Shown here: positions 29,337-37,841 of the stretch, one piece after another
Position numbering within the stretch: position 1 is the first letter of the stretch
Layout of the letters: each line of letters begins with the position of its first letter
Origin: a virus
Lineage: Duplodnaviria; Heunggongvirae; Uroviricota; Caudoviricetes
Direction: 5' to 3' (one strand)
Virus record (IMG/VR): IMGVR_UViG_2850808358_000012
Span: 1-37,841 of that record
Length of the DNA stretch: 37,841 nucleotides
The notes under the pieces: model-generated
Database searches by the model: none
What the model was told of the DNA's origin: nothing
What the model saw: the letters and a program-made list of their open reading frames with translations, nothing else
Translations under genes and position numbers: made by a program

Positions 29337-29856
29337 TGTTTACCTCCGCCTGTTTTTGCGCCCGAATAAATTCGTCAGAAAGGATTTCAGTCATGCGGCC
29401 TTGTGCGGGTGTCATCCCCGTCATGACGTAAACCACATCACCAACACGGAACCACTGGAGCGGCCCGAATATTGTTGCGCTGAAATCCAGTCCCAGTGCG
29501 GGTAAAAGAGCGTCTGTGCGGGCGTAAGTGACCGGAATATTCTCCTGCCATATTTTCGCCAGCTCTCTTGCCTGCTCCCTGAGATGAGCAGGTATCCGCG
29601 AAGTTCTGGGCCTGCAACTGTTACCTGATGCGGGCCGTTGTACGGTCCACAGCTCCCGCGAGAAGGGGCGCTCATCCCCCGAAAAATTCACGCCATGAAA
29701 ATGACGCCCACCAATACCTGTACTGAATACTGACCGGCAACCATAGCCCAGAACCTTATCAAGATGGCGGGCTTCTTCGCGTAGTTTCAGGCAGTCCGCC
29801 ATAAACTGCTCCCACGCCAGCAGTGCTGCGGGATTTGACGTTTTAAAAAACATCAC
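29323..29856 (-). CDS. Hypothetical early protein
   Basis: 177-aa ORF. Confidence 0.5.
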   Translation of the reverse strand: MMFFKTSNPAALLAWEQFMADCLKLREEARHLDKVLGYGCRSVFSTGIGGRHFHGVNFSGDERPFSRELWTVQRPASGNSCRPRTSRIPAHLREQARELAKIWQENIPVTYARTDALLPALGLDFSATIFGPLQWFRVGDVVYVMTGMTPAQGRMTEILSDEFIRAQKQAEVNNGKQ

Positions 29857-30383
29857 GCCACCTCCTGTGCTGCTTCGGGAGCCGTTGAGAAATCAAGAAT
29901 GAGATAGCGCAGGACGTGGTCGGTGATATTCCAGCCACTGGAACCACAAATAAAACGCCCCAGCCGGATATCGATATAAGCCATCACAAAACGGGGCATT
30001 CCCTGTTTGCACATTTCGTCATCCACTTCCGCAACGATGTAAACCGACTCGCAGGTCAGTACGCCTGTTGCAAATTCTTTTGCCAGTGCCGGAATGGCAT
30101 TGCCTTCCAGCCAGGGCAATGAGCGGCGGAAGGAACACCACGCGGCATCATCAACAGCAGGCTGCTCAGTTGCGTTTCGTCTTACAGGCTGCTCTGTACG
30201 GGGACGCGGTACGTCGTAAAAACCATTAAGTTCAGTCAGCATTCCGGCATCAACCGCATCACGCAGGAAGTACACCATTGCGGAGGATGGCATCTGCATT
30301 TTTTCAGCCAGAACCCCGCAGGTCAGGCGTCCGTAAGCCCGTAATAATGTGCTGACACCATTCAGAACTTTTGCATCAATCAC
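29853..30383 (-). CDS. Hypothetical early protein
   Basis: 176-aa ORF. Confidence 0.45.
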   Translation of the reverse strand: MIDAKVLNGVSTLLRAYGRLTCGVLAEKMQMPSSAMVYFLRDAVDAGMLTELNGFYDVPRPRTEQPVRRNATEQPAVDDAAWCSFRRSLPWLEGNAIPALAKEFATGVLTCESVYIVAEVDDEMCKQGMPRFVMAYIDIRLGRFICGSSGWNITDHVLRYLILDFSTAPEAAQEVA

Positions 30384-30386
30384 CGG

Positions 30387-30992
30387 TTATTCCTCCGTCA
30401 GTGCCACAAATTCAGAATGTTTAATGCGCTGGCATTCGGCGGGAACCGGTCCCTTCACTTCGCCAGCCAGAAGGTACACCGCAAACAAAATGCCGAATCC
30501 GTCACGGCCGTGGTGCATTTCCCACACTGATTTGATGTCAAACAGGTCAACGTCGGTAGCCACGTTAAGTTCATTGCACAGCCAGACCGGAAAATCCGGG
30601 TATTTTTCGAGCTGATTTTCACAGTCCCGGATGCGCTTCCCGTATTCACGGCCTGCCGGTATTGTCATATCCGGCATTGCCGCCCATAACTGAATATCGC
30701 CAATGAAAAGTGTTTTTGATTCAGTTACCCATCCTTCCGGTGGTAAACGGTTAAACCAGACACGCGTAACCCTCTCAGGCCCTTTGTCACCAGACAAAGA
30801 CACACCGGTTGCATTCACTGATTGCTGTAATAACGAAATAATCTCACCACGCTTAACATAAACGTCTTTCAGCCAGCGAATCGTATAAGCGTTAGCGGCT
30901 GTGTCACTCAGTTTAAAATAAGCACATGCTGTCATTTTCATTCTCTCCGGTTCTGATTCAGGCGCGAGTAGTCCCCTGACGCATCGCGCCAA
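30387..30992 (-). CDS. Hypothetical early protein downstream of gam
   Basis: 201-aa ORF; real start possibly at internal MKMTACAYF.... Confidence 0.5.
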   Translation of the reverse strand: MARCVRGLLAPESEPERMKMTACAYFKLSDTAANAYTIRWLKDVYVKRGEIISLLQQSVNATGVSLSGDKGPERVTRVWFNRLPPEGWVTESKTLFIGDIQLWAAMPDMTIPAGREYGKRIRDCENQLEKYPDFPVWLCNELNVATDVDLFDIKSVWEMHHGRDGFGILFAVYLLAGEVKGPVPAECQRIKHSEFVALTEE

Positions 30993-31033
30993 TAATTAAA
31001 AGAATGTGAATTAATTAAATATTAATGGTGGTA

Positions 31034-31558
31034 TTAAATACCGGCTTCCTGTTCAAACGGAATAATGGAAAAATCTTCAATTCCCGATTTAACCGTAATT
31101 CCGGCAACACCTGCGACCGCTTTCGGTTCCAGTAAAATCGCTTCCTTGTTGATTTCCTGCTTCGTGCGAATAAAGCGTTGCAGGCCAAGACGCTCCAGCG
31201 TTTCCATCACTGCATCCATACCACGAATACTTACTGATGGCGGGCGTTGACGCCATGACACATCGCCGGTGACAAGATTTGCTGTCTTCACTTTGCCGCC
31301 GTTCGTCAGTTCGTCGCGGTTCGCTTCACACCATCCCTGAACGCCTTTTGAAAGGGTTTCAATATCGGTTTTAATCGGTGCAATCCGGGCTGCAAATTTC
31401 TCCGTAATTTCCGCGATGGCATCATTCATTTCCGTTTCCAGACGTGATGCTTCGCGCTGTAAATCCCCGATGCGTTTAATATCGGTAATCACCGCATCGC
31501 GGTTTTGTGGCACATAAGCCGCTGCGGCACTTTTGATACGTTTTGCTGGTTTAGCCAT
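31034..31558 (-). CDS. gam: Host-nuclease inhibitor Gam (Ku-like DNA-end binding protein)
   Basis: 174 aa; MAKPAKRIKSAAAAYVPQNRDAVITDIKRIGDLQREASRLETEMNDAIAEITEKFAARIAPIK... is near-identical to Mu Gam as I recall it. Confidence 0.9.
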   Translation of the reverse strand: MAKPAKRIKSAAAAYVPQNRDAVITDIKRIGDLQREASRLETEMNDAIAEITEKFAARIAPIKTDIETLSKGVQGWCEANRDELTNGGKVKTANLVTGDVSWRQRPPSVSIRGMDAVMETLERLGLQRFIRTKQEINKEAILLEPKAVAGVAGITVKSGIEDFSIIPFEQEAGI

Positions 31559-31577
31559 AAATTAAAGCTCCTGTTAA

Positions 31578-31877
31578 TTAATATCCGCTGTATACAATGC
31601 TGGATACAGCTCGATTGCTTAATTCCATCTTTCGGGCAATGACATGAATATCCAGTCCTTCTTTATAAAGTTCACGACATAAATATTTGTCGTGTTCACT
31701 GATTCGGTATACACACAATGATATTCCGTGCCTTCTGGCATGTGCCCGGAGGGCGGTTGTGGCGACTTTCAGTTTTTCCGCCATTTCTTCAACGGTCATT
31801 TTCCCGACGTTGGCTTCGATAAATTCCCGGTCTTCGCGTGACCAGCGCTTACGATTACACTTCATGTCAGCCACCAT
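31578..31877 (-). CDS. Small early protein, possible DNA-binding
   Basis: 99-aa ORF. Confidence 0.45.
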   Translation of the reverse strand: MVADMKCNRKRWSREDREFIEANVGKMTVEEMAEKLKVATTALRAHARRHGISLCVYRISEHDKYLCRELYKEGLDIHVIARKMELSNRAVSSIVYSGY

Positions 31878-32321
31878 TCAGTACAGCAGAGGCTCGCGCA
31901 GTGATGCCGGAATATGCCGCAGCGATAACTGAACCGCTTTCAGGGCAAGCGAGGAATAACAGCAGCGCGCCCAGCCTTTTGCCATTAACCGGTAATCGCG
32001 CCAGATACGCTGCCACATTTCCCGGGCTTCAGGATCTGATGCGCAGATGTATTCCCGGTCCATGACGTACTCCCATAAATCCACGTTGAACGCACCGCCA
32101 AATGCAATGGCGCGGGATATGCTTTCGCCGCAATAACGCGCACAGATGCTGTAATGGTCGAAAGCAATCAGGTAAGTCTTTTCACCACAATCATCAACTT
32201 TCCGGGCGCAAATAAACTCGCGTAATTCACCACCGTTGTTATTGCGTTCCTGAATTCGGATTAATGCCTGAATTTCATTTCGGATTTTGACATTCATTGT
32301 CAGCGTTCCTTTCAGTGACAT
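31878..32321 (-). CDS. Hypothetical early protein
   Basis: 147-aa ORF, Cys-rich. Confidence 0.45.
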   Translation of the reverse strand: MSLKGTLTMNVKIRNEIQALIRIQERNNNGGELREFICARKVDDCGEKTYLIAFDHYSICARYCGESISRAIAFGGAFNVDLWEYVMDREYICASDPEAREMWQRIWRDYRLMAKGWARCCYSSLALKAVQLSLRHIPASLREPLLY

Positions 32322-32575
32322 GTTTTTTCAACAGCCATTTCAGTGACACTGCCACCTGTGATGACACCATCGTTTTTCAAAATCTCAATGGCTTCATGAG
32401 CTGACTCATTAATTATTTTCTGGCTTTTGTTAAGCACCAATAACGCCACCAGACCTGCAAGTGTAGCCTCATCCCCTTCCATTTCCACACTACCACCTAC
32501 CGCAATACTGGTGCGCAAATGCCGTCCTTTAGTTCCAGATACTGTATTTTTAATTTCAATAATTACCTTTGCCAT
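32312..32575 (-). CDS. Hypothetical early protein
   Basis: 87-aa ORF. Confidence 0.45.
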   Translation of the reverse strand: MAKVIIEIKNTVSGTKGRHLRTSIAVGGSVEMEGDEATLAGLVALLVLNKSQKIINESAHEAIEILKNDGVITGGSVTEMAVEKTCH

Positions 32576-32586
32576 TTTGTTTCTCC

Positions 32587-32841
32587 TTATTGATTCTGAA
32601 TAACTGCGCTGGCTTTTACCTTCGCGCCTTTTACCTGCTTAAAGAAAACTGCGCTGCACCACGGACAACATGCAAAGGAGTCCCATACTTCATTTTCTGG
32701 TGAGCATTGCGTCATAATTTGCTCTTTGCATTTGGGGCAATTAAATGCAGTCAGAGCCACATTGTTATTCTGTACCCGTTTAACCCATTCAATATATTTT
32801 TCAGCTTTAGTACACATCGTTATCTCCAGATAATCTGGCAA
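32587..32841 (-). CDS. Small zinc-finger early protein
   Basis: 84 aa with CPKC and CPWC pairs. Confidence 0.45.
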   Translation of the reverse strand: MPDYLEITMCTKAEKYIEWVKRVQNNNVALTAFNCPKCKEQIMTQCSPENEVWDSFACCPWCSAVFFKQVKGAKVKASAVIQNQ

Positions 32842-33047
32842 CCATTAAGACGGGCCGTCCATACAGAACGGGCCACCCCGGACTTATGCTCCATAATTCT
32901 GACCGCGCTTTTTACCAGTTCCACCGGAGGGTAAGTGATTTCAAGGATCGGACGCGCCACGCCGAGATATGATTCATTTACATGACTCCCGCGCGCCTGT
33001 AACCAGTTCTGCGCATCCGTTGCCATTTTTATATTTCGTGACATCAT
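32820..33047 (-). CDS. Small early protein immediately downstream of B (kil position)
   Basis: 75-aa ORF at the position kil occupies in Mu. Confidence 0.4.
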   Translation of the reverse strand: MMSRNIKMATDAQNWLQARGSHVNESYLGVARPILEITYPPVELVKSAVRIMEHKSGVARSVWTARLNGCQIIWR

Positions 33048-33997
33048 GATTTCGCTCTCCTTATACCCAACTGTTCCTGAACATCCACATCCTGATCCAG
33101 TTCTTCGTAAGCCTCACGCAGGTAATCTTCGTTAACACGTTTGCCTTTACCGTAAGCATTCATGGCAGCAAGACGTAATGTGTAAGTCATGGTGCGAATT
33201 GCACCTGGTTTCTGTGCAATCTCCAGTAAGAATTCCTGCTCTTTTTTGGCGGTAACATCCCAGGCTTCCGCAATCGCTTTTACATCGTTAACTTTGGGCG
33301 CTTTGATAGCCGTGCGTTTTGCTATGCGCGAAAACAGACGGGCAAACTCAACCGTTTTGCTCCCCCCCGTCATATTCGTGTAAAGATGGTGATTACCCAT
33401 CAATACCAGGCCAATACGGGTTGATTCCTGTAACAAACGAAGTTCTTCCAGCGCCGCAATATCAAGATGGTCTGCTTCATCTACAATAACCACCCCATGC
33501 GTTCCCCCAAGACGACGGCGCAATTCACGGGATAACGGCCCCTTGCAGCGTGGGATACCGTTCATTCCCAGCTCAAACGCCAGTTCCGTAAGACATTCCA
33601 GAACACTGACACGGGATGGTGCCATGGTGATCATCCAGACGTTATTATTGGTACGGCGATACTCTTTGGCTGCTTCAGATTTACCCACACCAGGATTACC
33701 GCAGATAACAGCAATACTCTCTGTCAGGCTGGCAAAGCGTATACTTGTCCAGATTTGTTTTACCGTCTGCGTTTGAACAAAACCAGGCAATTCCGGCAGG
33801 TCTGCGGCAGCAAGATAATCGTCAAGCCAGCACTTCAGTACCTGTGCGATACGTTCATTATCGCCGCTGTATTTATCGTTAATAAACGCACTGACAGTCC
33901 CGGTAGAAATATCACTCTCAATAGCAATTTGTTTAAAAGTGACTTTTTCACTTTCTACAAGTGTGCGTAGTTCTTCGCGAATATCAGAAATATTCAT
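33044..33997 (-). CDS. B: Transposition ATPase B (target DNA activator)
   Basis: 317 aa; N-terminal HTH-like region; Walker [10 protein letters not shown]; immediately downstream of the transposase. Confidence 0.85.
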   Translation of the reverse strand: MNISDIREELRTLVESEKVTFKQIAIESDISTGTVSAFINDKYSGDNERIAQVLKCWLDDYLAAADLPELPGFVQTQTVKQIWTSIRFASLTESIAVICGNPGVGKSEAAKEYRRTNNNVWMITMAPSRVSVLECLTELAFELGMNGIPRCKGPLSRELRRRLGGTHGVVIVDEADHLDIAALEELRLLQESTRIGLVLMGNHHLYTNMTGGSKTVEFARLFSRIAKRTAIKAPKVNDVKAIAEAWDVTAKKEQEFLLEIAQKPGAIRTMTYTLRLAAMNAYGKGKRVNEDYLREAYEELDQDVDVQEQLGIRRAKS

Positions 33998-34031
33998 CGG
34001 AGTAACCTCATAATTAAATTTTGTGTAAACG

Positions 34032-36137
34032 TTAATTAAACAGCTTTTTACGTCTTTTCTGTTCCAGAATATCCAGTGAATGATTCAGATATTCATCACG
34101 CTCAGCGTTGTATGCATTATCAAGCGTCTCCTCAGGAGCCTGAGGCTGAACTGTCACCACATTACCCACAGGGCGATAAACATTCCCCAGCCAGGGTTCT
34201 GTCGTTTTTTGTTCAATAACCTGAATACCTTCATCTTCAGCATCACGAATTTTTCCCTCAGCGCGTTTGCGCATTCCTTTAATACGCTGCTGCTGTTTGT
34301 GATATTCCGCACTGACAGGAAAGGCTGCGCGTTTATTGCCGTTCCATATCGCCTCACAAATAAAACTGCCATCCTTACGGCGCACTGTAATTCGCTCTGC
34401 ATCATGAATGTCATAGCTGATAAGCACTTTGCGACCATGTTCATCACGCAGCTCCGGCGCGTAATAAATATTCCCAAGCCATTTGATTTCGCAGCGTCTT
34501 ACCGGTCGTTCCACCATTGGGCGGAACATGTCGCGCAGCTCAAGATCACTCAGCCACTCAATTTCGGTGTCTTCTTCTGCCAGGCGTTTTTTTCTGAACT
34601 CTGTCGGGCTGTAATGCCGTCCGTTCGGTTTCATCGGCAGCTCAGAATGCGGGCGGTTGTTGTACCATTCCACGCCTTCACGAATAGCCTCAATAAGCTC
34701 CGCCCACGATGGCAGCTCGCGCATTGCCGCTTTCTGGCGGTCGTTCAGAGGCTTGTCCTGTTGCAGGGCGTTAAACGCTGAACGCAGATCACGGTTAAGT
34801 ACACGCAACGATTCCCGGTCAGCACCCTTGCCAAAATAGGTGCGATACCTCCTGGCTATACGCATCGGCAGTGTCCGGTTCAGGCGTTCAATAATGCCGC
34901 GTCCCTGTGGATTACCGGCAATACCGGTAGGGTGTTTAATCCCCAGGCGTGGCAGAATACCCACGACCTCTTTGTCCAGCATGTCAGCCGTTTCACCGGA
35001 ACCGTTATCCGAGTAATACAGGAACGGTTTTCCGTGGTTGCGAATGCCGTGCTGTATCGCACCGGCAACGGCGAACACGTTTTCGGCAAGGTCAAGACTC
35101 CAGCCAACAACAAACCGTGTTCCACCATCGATCACAAACGTGACTTCCGGTGAGAATGGACGCCCGTGGATCGGATGCGCACATTTCAGCTTCATACCGT
35201 GACCGTCACCAATCCAGACATAATTCACCGGCATAGCTGTCCAGTCGCGGCGGGTGAATCCTTCAAGCTGACGGTATTCACTGCCGGTAACGCGCCCTTT
35301 TTGTCTCACCACTTCCGGCAGTTTTTTCATGGCATACCGGACAACATCATAGGAAGGCATCACCTCCAGCATGTACGGTTCGTCCGCATGGCGACGCTGC
35401 CATTCTGCGACAAAATCCTCGTAGGCTTCTGACATGGGTCTGCCGTTCACCTGCCGATACTGCGCCAGAAATTCAGGCAGCCAGCTGATTTCTTCCGGTT
35501 TTATTTCGTCGCGTTTTCCCGGTGCCAGTAACAGCAGCCGTTCGGCGGCGTTCTGCGACTGGTTGTATTTCAGAACCCACTGGTAAAGTGGATCGCGGCT
35601 GATAGTACGATTAGCGCCACGTTTTGCATTGGCGTTAACTGCGGCCTGTTGCAGGCGCTCCGGCAGCTCACCTTTACGGGCTTTTTCAACAAGAAAGTTA
35701 ATGGCTTTCAGTCGCCCGAGGTTACCGGCGCTTTCCAGCTTCAGCACTTCCACCACCAGCGCAGCTCTTGCTTCAGATACCCGGCGCTGGTTTTCGGTCA
35801 GCGCATTCAGGCGTTCTTCCATCAGTTGTGGAGAACCGCGATATGCTTCGATTGCCTGGACAGCGTCAGGATTGCGTGTTTTTCTGGTAACAGCTTTCAC
35901 TTCAGAAACATTGTTCTCTGTAGCCACCAGCTGTTCCACATAGCGTTCACGCAGTGCCTTTCGTGTTATTTCAGGCAGACAATCAATGTGGTACTCAATG
36001 GCTTTTGTGCCTTCCCGACGGCGACTAACGTCACCAAGATCACGAGAAAAACGCTGTAACGCCTGTCGGATGCCTTTTGTGGTGGCTGGCATTCCTGGTA
36101 CGCCGAGCAGGTCATTTACGGTAACGTACGACTGCAT
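34032..36137 (-). CDS. A: DDE transposase A (Mu A family)
   Basis: C-terminus ...ERDEYLNHSLDILEQKRRKK matches the Mu A C-terminal tail. N-terminal domain aligns with Mu A domain I (GxP...G..KAIEY...LP.E.K) but is divergent. Start set at ATG 36137 (AGGAAGG 8 nt upstream) rather than the six-frame start at 36206. Confidence 0.85.
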   Translation of the reverse strand: MQSYVTVNDLLGVPGMPATTKGIRQALQRFSRDLGDVSRRREGTKAIEYHIDCLPEITRKALRERYVEQLVATENNVSEVKAVTRKTRNPDAVQAIEAYRGSPQLMEERLNALTENQRRVSEARAALVVEVLKLESAGNLGRLKAINFLVEKARKGELPERLQQAAVNANAKRGANRTISRDPLYQWVLKYNQSQNAAERLLLLAPGKRDEIKPEEISWLPEFLAQYRQVNGRPMSEAYEDFVAEWQRRHADEPYMLEVMPSYDVVRYAMKKLPEVVRQKGRVTGSEYRQLEGFTRRDWTAMPVNYVWIGDGHGMKLKCAHPIHGRPFSPEVTFVIDGGTRFVVGWSLDLAENVFAVAGAIQHGIRNHGKPFLYYSDNGSGETADMLDKEVVGILPRLGIKHPTGIAGNPQGRGIIERLNRTLPMRIARRYRTYFGKGADRESLRVLNRDLRSAFNALQQDKPLNDRQKAAMRELPSWAELIEAIREGVEWYNNRPHSELPMKPNGRHYSPTEFRKKRLAEEDTEIEWLSDLELRDMFRPMVERPVRRCEIKWLGNIYYAPELRDEHGRKVLISYDIHDAERITVRRKDGSFICEAIWNGNKRAAFPVSAEYHKQQQRIKGMRKRAEGKIRDAEDEGIQVIEQKTTEPWLGNVYRPVGNVVTVQPQAPEETLDNAYNAERDEYLNHSLDILEQKRRKKLFN

Positions 36138-36138
36138 A

Positions 36139-36390
36139 TCACGACACCTTCCTGATAAATCCATCGTTACGATACCGGCTGGGCCAGATGATTTCTGGCG
36201 GTACACCTATAGCGTCAGAAATTACGCGTTCGTATTTTTTGTTTGGTGTGCGAACTACCGCTTTCAGTGAATCCTGAGCATAACCAGCATGGAGTGAAAG
36301 CTCCCGGAAGGAAGACCACCCGTTATCTTTGAGCGCCAGCTGAATCTTCAGCGAAGGCCAATCGCGGTCACTATCTTCTCTTTGTCTCAT
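36139..36390 (-). CDS. ner: Ner-like DNA-binding regulator
   Basis: 83 aa; ...DAIGVPPEIIWPSRY motif typical of the Ner/Nlp family; first gene of the early operon. Confidence 0.8.
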   Translation of the reverse strand: MRQREDSDRDWPSLKIQLALKDNGWSSFRELSLHAGYAQDSLKAVVRTPNKKYERVISDAIGVPPEIIWPSRYRNDGFIRKVS

Positions 36391-36554
36391 CTTTCCTTTA
36401 ACCTACAAAATTACCCGCGCGGATATCCGGTCGGATATCCGTATGGATAAAGATTAAGATGCCAAAGATTCCTTGTAAAGGCTTCTTTGGTGTTTTTGTG
36501 GTTTATTTTTTAATTTCATTATTTATCAATGAATTAGATAGAAAGGAACCAAGA
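36391..36554. promoter_or_regulatory. Divergent early-promoter/operator region between ner and repressor
   Basis: Two palindromic GGATATCCG copies (36421-36429 and 36433-36441), 12 bp apart, plus a GGATA half-site. Confidence 0.5.
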
Positions 36555-37118
36555 ATGAGAAAAGCACCCCAAGGTTCTTTTCCTGCCGATGGAAAAGAAC
36601 CGATTATCGAAAGAATCTTTAGGTTAGTAGAACGATACCCTTCAAGAAATGCGGCTGCTCGGGCATGGGGGATCAATGAAGGCACTTTAAAAAATTATTA
36701 CAACAGGCGGGATTACGCACCGATACCACGCCCGCATCAGTTAAAAAAGATAGCAGAAAGCGAAAATGTTACCTTGGAATGGCTCATGACGGGAGAGGGT
36801 GATGTTGAACTAAAAGATTCCAAAGAACCCAAAAAAGAGAATGCGGATAATGTTGATGCTCAAATTCTAATGTTCTTGTCATTTCTTAAACCACAAGAAA
36901 AACAACAAGTAGCTGATGTTCTTGGGAGAAAAGGAGCGGAGCAATTACTCATTCTTCTGGATGAGCACATCCAAGAGTTGCACGCTCTAGTTGGAGTTCG
37001 TAGAGCCATAGCGTTAAGCCTTGGTAATTTGCCAGACGAAAAGGTTAGAGAGATTTACGCGTTGTCCGAAGCTAAGGGCGATCACTTAAATCTACCTCAG
37101 AAAGCAGCCAGCGCATAA
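36555..37118 (+). CDS. Repressor, CI-type helix-turn-helix (not Mu c-type)
   Basis: Start at the ATG with AAGGAA 6 nt upstream (six-frame ORF begins at 36459). HTH region ...AAARAWGINEGTLKNYYN...TLEWLMTGEG; transcribed divergently from ner toward the phage end. Confidence 0.65.
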   Translation: MRKAPQGSFPADGKEPIIERIFRLVERYPSRNAAARAWGINEGTLKNYYNRRDYAPIPRPHQLKKIAESENVTLEWLMTGEGDVELKDSKEPKKENADNVDAQILMFLSFLKPQEKQQVADVLGRKGAEQLLILLDEHIQELHALVGVRRAIALSLGNLPDEKVREIYALSEAKGDHLNLPQKAASA

Positions 37119-37242
37119 CCCAGTGCAAGTGCCTAGCTGTGCTAAAATTACATTGGTTTTGGCGCTTGCACCCATCAGCGCTATAATAAACACCTGAATC
37201 GTTTTTGAACGGTCTTTAAAGGCTATTGTAAGAACCTGTGAG

Positions 37243-37376
37243 TTATCTTGAATGTTTTATTGATATCGAACCGTTTAACATTTTTGGACTCGCTTTATCT
37301 TGAAAACCTTGAGTTCCTAACTTGTTGATTCCAATCTATTCCCGTCTTTTTTAATCTCTTCCCGGTTATCTTGAAT
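37243..37376. repeat. Three spaced TTATCTTGAA repeats at the repressor end; putative transposase-binding sites (L1-L3-like)
   Basis: Copies at 37243-37252, 37295-37304 and 37366-37375, the last contained in the terminal inverted repeat. Confidence 0.6.
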
Positions 37377-37379
37377 AAA

Positions 37380-37841
37380 TTACCTAGTCATATCCTTTTG
37401 GATGTCATTCTCCGGTGGCAACGGGGTGAAGCTCTTTATCACCTCCAGCAGCATCGTCTTTTGACTGTTCTTCAGGGATAAGGAGGTGCTGAAAGTGAAG
37501 GTCAGCAGCGTATCTCCACGCCGCTGGAATACGGCTATCTGGCTAATCCGCCCCTGATTCCCCTCATCTTCCGGACCGTTCCAGGAATAATCCAGCAGCC
37601 AGGCCGGGGCCTCTGCCAGAGTGATTTCCCGGCAGGCATGTTCGGTGTACCCATCAAGTTTGCCCTGGTACAGCGCCAGCGTTTCCTGGTACAGCTCTGG
37701 TGTCAGGGTTCCCTGTGGAACGGCTTCGCGGGTAATGACCAGGTTGATGCCACTGTTATCTGTGGACACCAGGACCTGCATTGACTGATCCTGCCATTGA
37801 GACGGCAGTTGAATGTGGCCTTCATTAAAAGTGAACTGCAT
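37380..37841 (-). CDS. Host DUF1795/DcrB-family protein, EagR-like T6SS effector chaperone
   Basis: 153 aa; N-terminal pattern F.EG.I.LP..WQDQS...SG.NLVITRE resembles DUF1795 proteins as I recall them; stop codon overlaps the 5-bp target duplication. Confidence 0.5.
   Translation of the reverse strand: MQFTFNEGHIQLPSQWQDQSMQVLVSTDNSGINLVITREAVPQGTLTPELYQETLALYQGKLDGYTEHACREITLAEAPAWLLDYSWNGPEDEGNQGRISQIAVFQRRGDTLLTFTFSTSLSLKNSQKTMLLEVIKSFTPLPPENDIQKDMTR

Larger units (their letters stand above)
1012..37376 (-). mobile_element. Mu-family transposable prophage, ~36.4 kb, Mu gene order
   Basis: Perfect 10-bp terminal inverted repeat (ATTCAAGATA at 1012-1021, its reverse complement at 37367-37376), flanked by identical 5-bp direct repeats AAATT (1007-1011 and 37377-37381). 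Interior carries a full Mu-like gene set with DDE transposase A and ATPase B. Confidence 0.85.

Noticed and set aside
1-37841. tRNA, rRNA or attachment-site signals of an integrase-type prophage
   Set aside because: No integrase gene and no tRNA-like structure recognised; the 5-bp duplication and DDE transposase indicate transpositional insertion.

Overview
The window is almost entirely a ~36.4 kb Mu-family transposable prophage (about 1012..37376), with its c/ner/A/B end at the high-coordinate side and its com/mom end at the low-coordinate side. Gene order is Mu-like throughout: repressor, ner, transposase A, B, small early genes, gam, gemA, mor, C, lys and spanins, terminase, portal, head, tail, baseplate, tail fibre S/U, com, mom. 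It is flanked by a 5-bp direct repeat (AAATT) and sits between a DUF1795/EagR-like gene and a TM+PAAR-motif gene, i.e. inside a putative T6SS chaperone-effector pair. Departures from canonical Mu are the main points of interest: ATTCAAGATA-type ends instead of Mu ends, a CI-type HTH repressor, a single gix site with no gin and a truncated S'v (fixed tail-fibre set), single-base frameshifts in the terminase large subunit and protease/scaffold genes, and two AT-rich small-gene clusters with convergent ORFs (about 23.7-24.3 kb and 28.6-29.3 kb). No tRNA, rRNA or CRISPR array was recognised. All protein assignments come from reading the translations and from recalled similarity to phage Mu proteins; no database search was run.
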